Shown here: positions 62,744-64,000 of the stretch, piece after piece
How positions within the stretch are numbered: position 1 is the stretch's first letter
How the letters are laid out: each line of letters begins with the position of its first letter
Assembly: GCA_024233435.1 (NCBI GenBank)
Contig: JACKPQ010000001.1
Span: forward strand, 660,582 to 724,581
Source of the DNA: Chlamydiales bacterium
GTDB taxonomy: Bacteria > Chlamydiota > Chlamydiia > Chlamydiales > JACKPQ01
Reading direction: 5' to 3'
Length of the DNA stretch: 64,000 nucleotides
The notes under the pieces: generated by a model
What the model was told of the DNA's origin: nothing
Seen by the model: only the letters and a program-made list of their open reading frames with translations
Database searches by the model: none
Position numbers and translations under genes: made by a program

Positions 62744-63686
62744 TATCTGTACGCTCTAGCTTAGCGCAGGCTGAATCATGTAGCTCAACCATATTTGGGT
62801 AAGCTGAATTGCTTTTGACCATGAGGGATTTACTATCCTTGGTCCAAGTAGCGGCTAATACAGCATCGCCATCTGCCCGATCTCTATAATAAAAATCGAT
62901 TTTATCTGCATACTGTAGGTATGTGCCGAGGCGTTGAGGAACAAGCTTCCCCTTTTCATTAACGTCCACTTCTGTAGTTTGCACAAATTCTTTATCTCTT
63001 AAGTGAATTGATTTCCAACGCACAGCATCAGGAGCGCTGACATGAATGAGATGAATTTTATAGCCGTTGTCTTTCAAAAGCTGAAATCGGGCTGCTATAT
63101 CTGAACTTGTAGATGTTGTCCCATAGAAAAAGGCTTTTTTCTCACGGATGAAGTTGCCTAGGATAATATGGGCAGCTGCATTTGATGCTGGACGCCACTT
63201 AGTATATGCGTCCTTGCGCACTTTTAACTCTTCTTTTAGGCACTCTTCATAAGAGCTACATTTAATGGTCCCCACAGACCTAATTAAGTCAGGCAAATAG
63301 GTGTGGCTCATGTTTTTCAAGCAAACTGCATCCGGGTCAATGTAGCCATAACCTTGATATTCATCAAGCTTTAGAAGTTGCTCTAAAAGCACTGTTTTCC
63401 CAGCCCCTGGTGCACCTGCAGATATAACAGCAATTGGCTCTGATACAGTGCCGCAATAACTCTTGTAAATCTCTTCGATATCGATATTAATGGATGATCT
63501 CTCAGATTCTGTATACTCACCGTCGTAATCAAACCCACCACCTTTTAAATAGTCAACGATTGTTGCTTGAGGAAGAAAGTAGGTAAATTTATCATCGTAA
63601 ATGTTGCTTAGTTCGACAATTCCAGCTATGGCTTGAGCTCCTATGATCAATGTGGTTAAAAACATACCCACGCGCATCATAAACAC
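62694..63686 (-). CDS. Zeta-toxin-like P-loop kinase domain protein with an N-terminal signal/anchor sequence
   Basis: Walker A VISAGAPGAGKTVLLEQL is followed by GYIDPDAV (zeta-type Asp motif position). The hydrophobic N-terminus is MFMMRVGMFLTTLIIGAQAIAG. The 3' end overlaps the convergent methyltransferase ORF by 50 nt. Confidence 0.55.
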   Translation of the reverse strand: MFMMRVGMFLTTLIIGAQAIAGIVELSNIYDDKFTYFLPQATIVDYLKGGGFDYDGEYTESERSSINIDIEEIYKSYCGTVSEPIAVISAGAPGAGKTVLLEQLLKLDEYQGYGYIDPDAVCLKNMSHTYLPDLIRSVGTIKCSSYEECLKEELKVRKDAYTKWRPASNAAAHIILGNFIREKKAFFYGTTSTSSDIAARFQLLKDNGYKIHLIHVSAPDAVRWKSIHLRDKEFVQTTEVDVNEKGKLVPQRLGTYLQYADKIDFYYRDRADGDAVLAATWTKDSKSLMVKSNSAYPNMVELHDSACAKLERTDISWGESLLAMCNLSQQ

Positions 63687-63694
63687 CTCCTGCT

Positions 63695-64000
<306 letters not shown>

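Overview
The window looks like a chromosomal segment from an environmental, amoeba-associated member of the Chlamydiae. This is inferred from gene content only. Housekeeping genes are plant-type FabI (5' partial), HemL, MlaEFD, AlgH, two PPIases, tRNA-Ser(UGA) and PheS (partial at the 3' edge). They are interleaved with a type III secretion chaperone/translocator module, an inverse autotransporter, tandem OppA lipoproteins, a short orphan secretin, an EmrAB-OMF efflux operon, two further MFS pumps, an ABC-2 exporter and a bifunctional GshF. There is also a high density of eukaryote-like repeat proteins (two RNI-type LRR proteins and several ankyrin-like proteins). No rRNA, CRISPR array or intact IS/transposase was seen. 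Five loci are the most unusual. (1) A co-directional, tightly packed array at 22.2-32.2 kb holds three paralogous membrane-anchored protein-kinase-like proteins, two OppA paralogues, a 692-aa unknown protein, a DUF2227-like membrane protein and an ABC-2 exporter; its last five genes overlap stop/start. (2) An NfeD-flotillin operon at 50.6-55.8 kb is extended by a tandemly duplicated array of TM-anchored ankyrin-like genes, and each duplication unit carries a copy of the flotillin 3' tail as a 32-codon mini-ORF. (3) A segmental duplication at 46.0-50.6 kb copied the gshF 3' end together with a coiled-coil membrane gene; the second copy is broken by an 11-bp deletion in a 93-bp tandem repeat. 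(4) A decayed islet next to tRNA-Ser is flanked by two degenerate tRNA-Ser-derived repeats, with a signal-peptide-bearing zeta-toxin-like P-loop kinase on the other side of the tRNA. (5) One LRR protein has a C-terminus that resembles a small DUF4258-type toxin domain. All functional calls come from motifs read by eye in the supplied translations. No database search was run.
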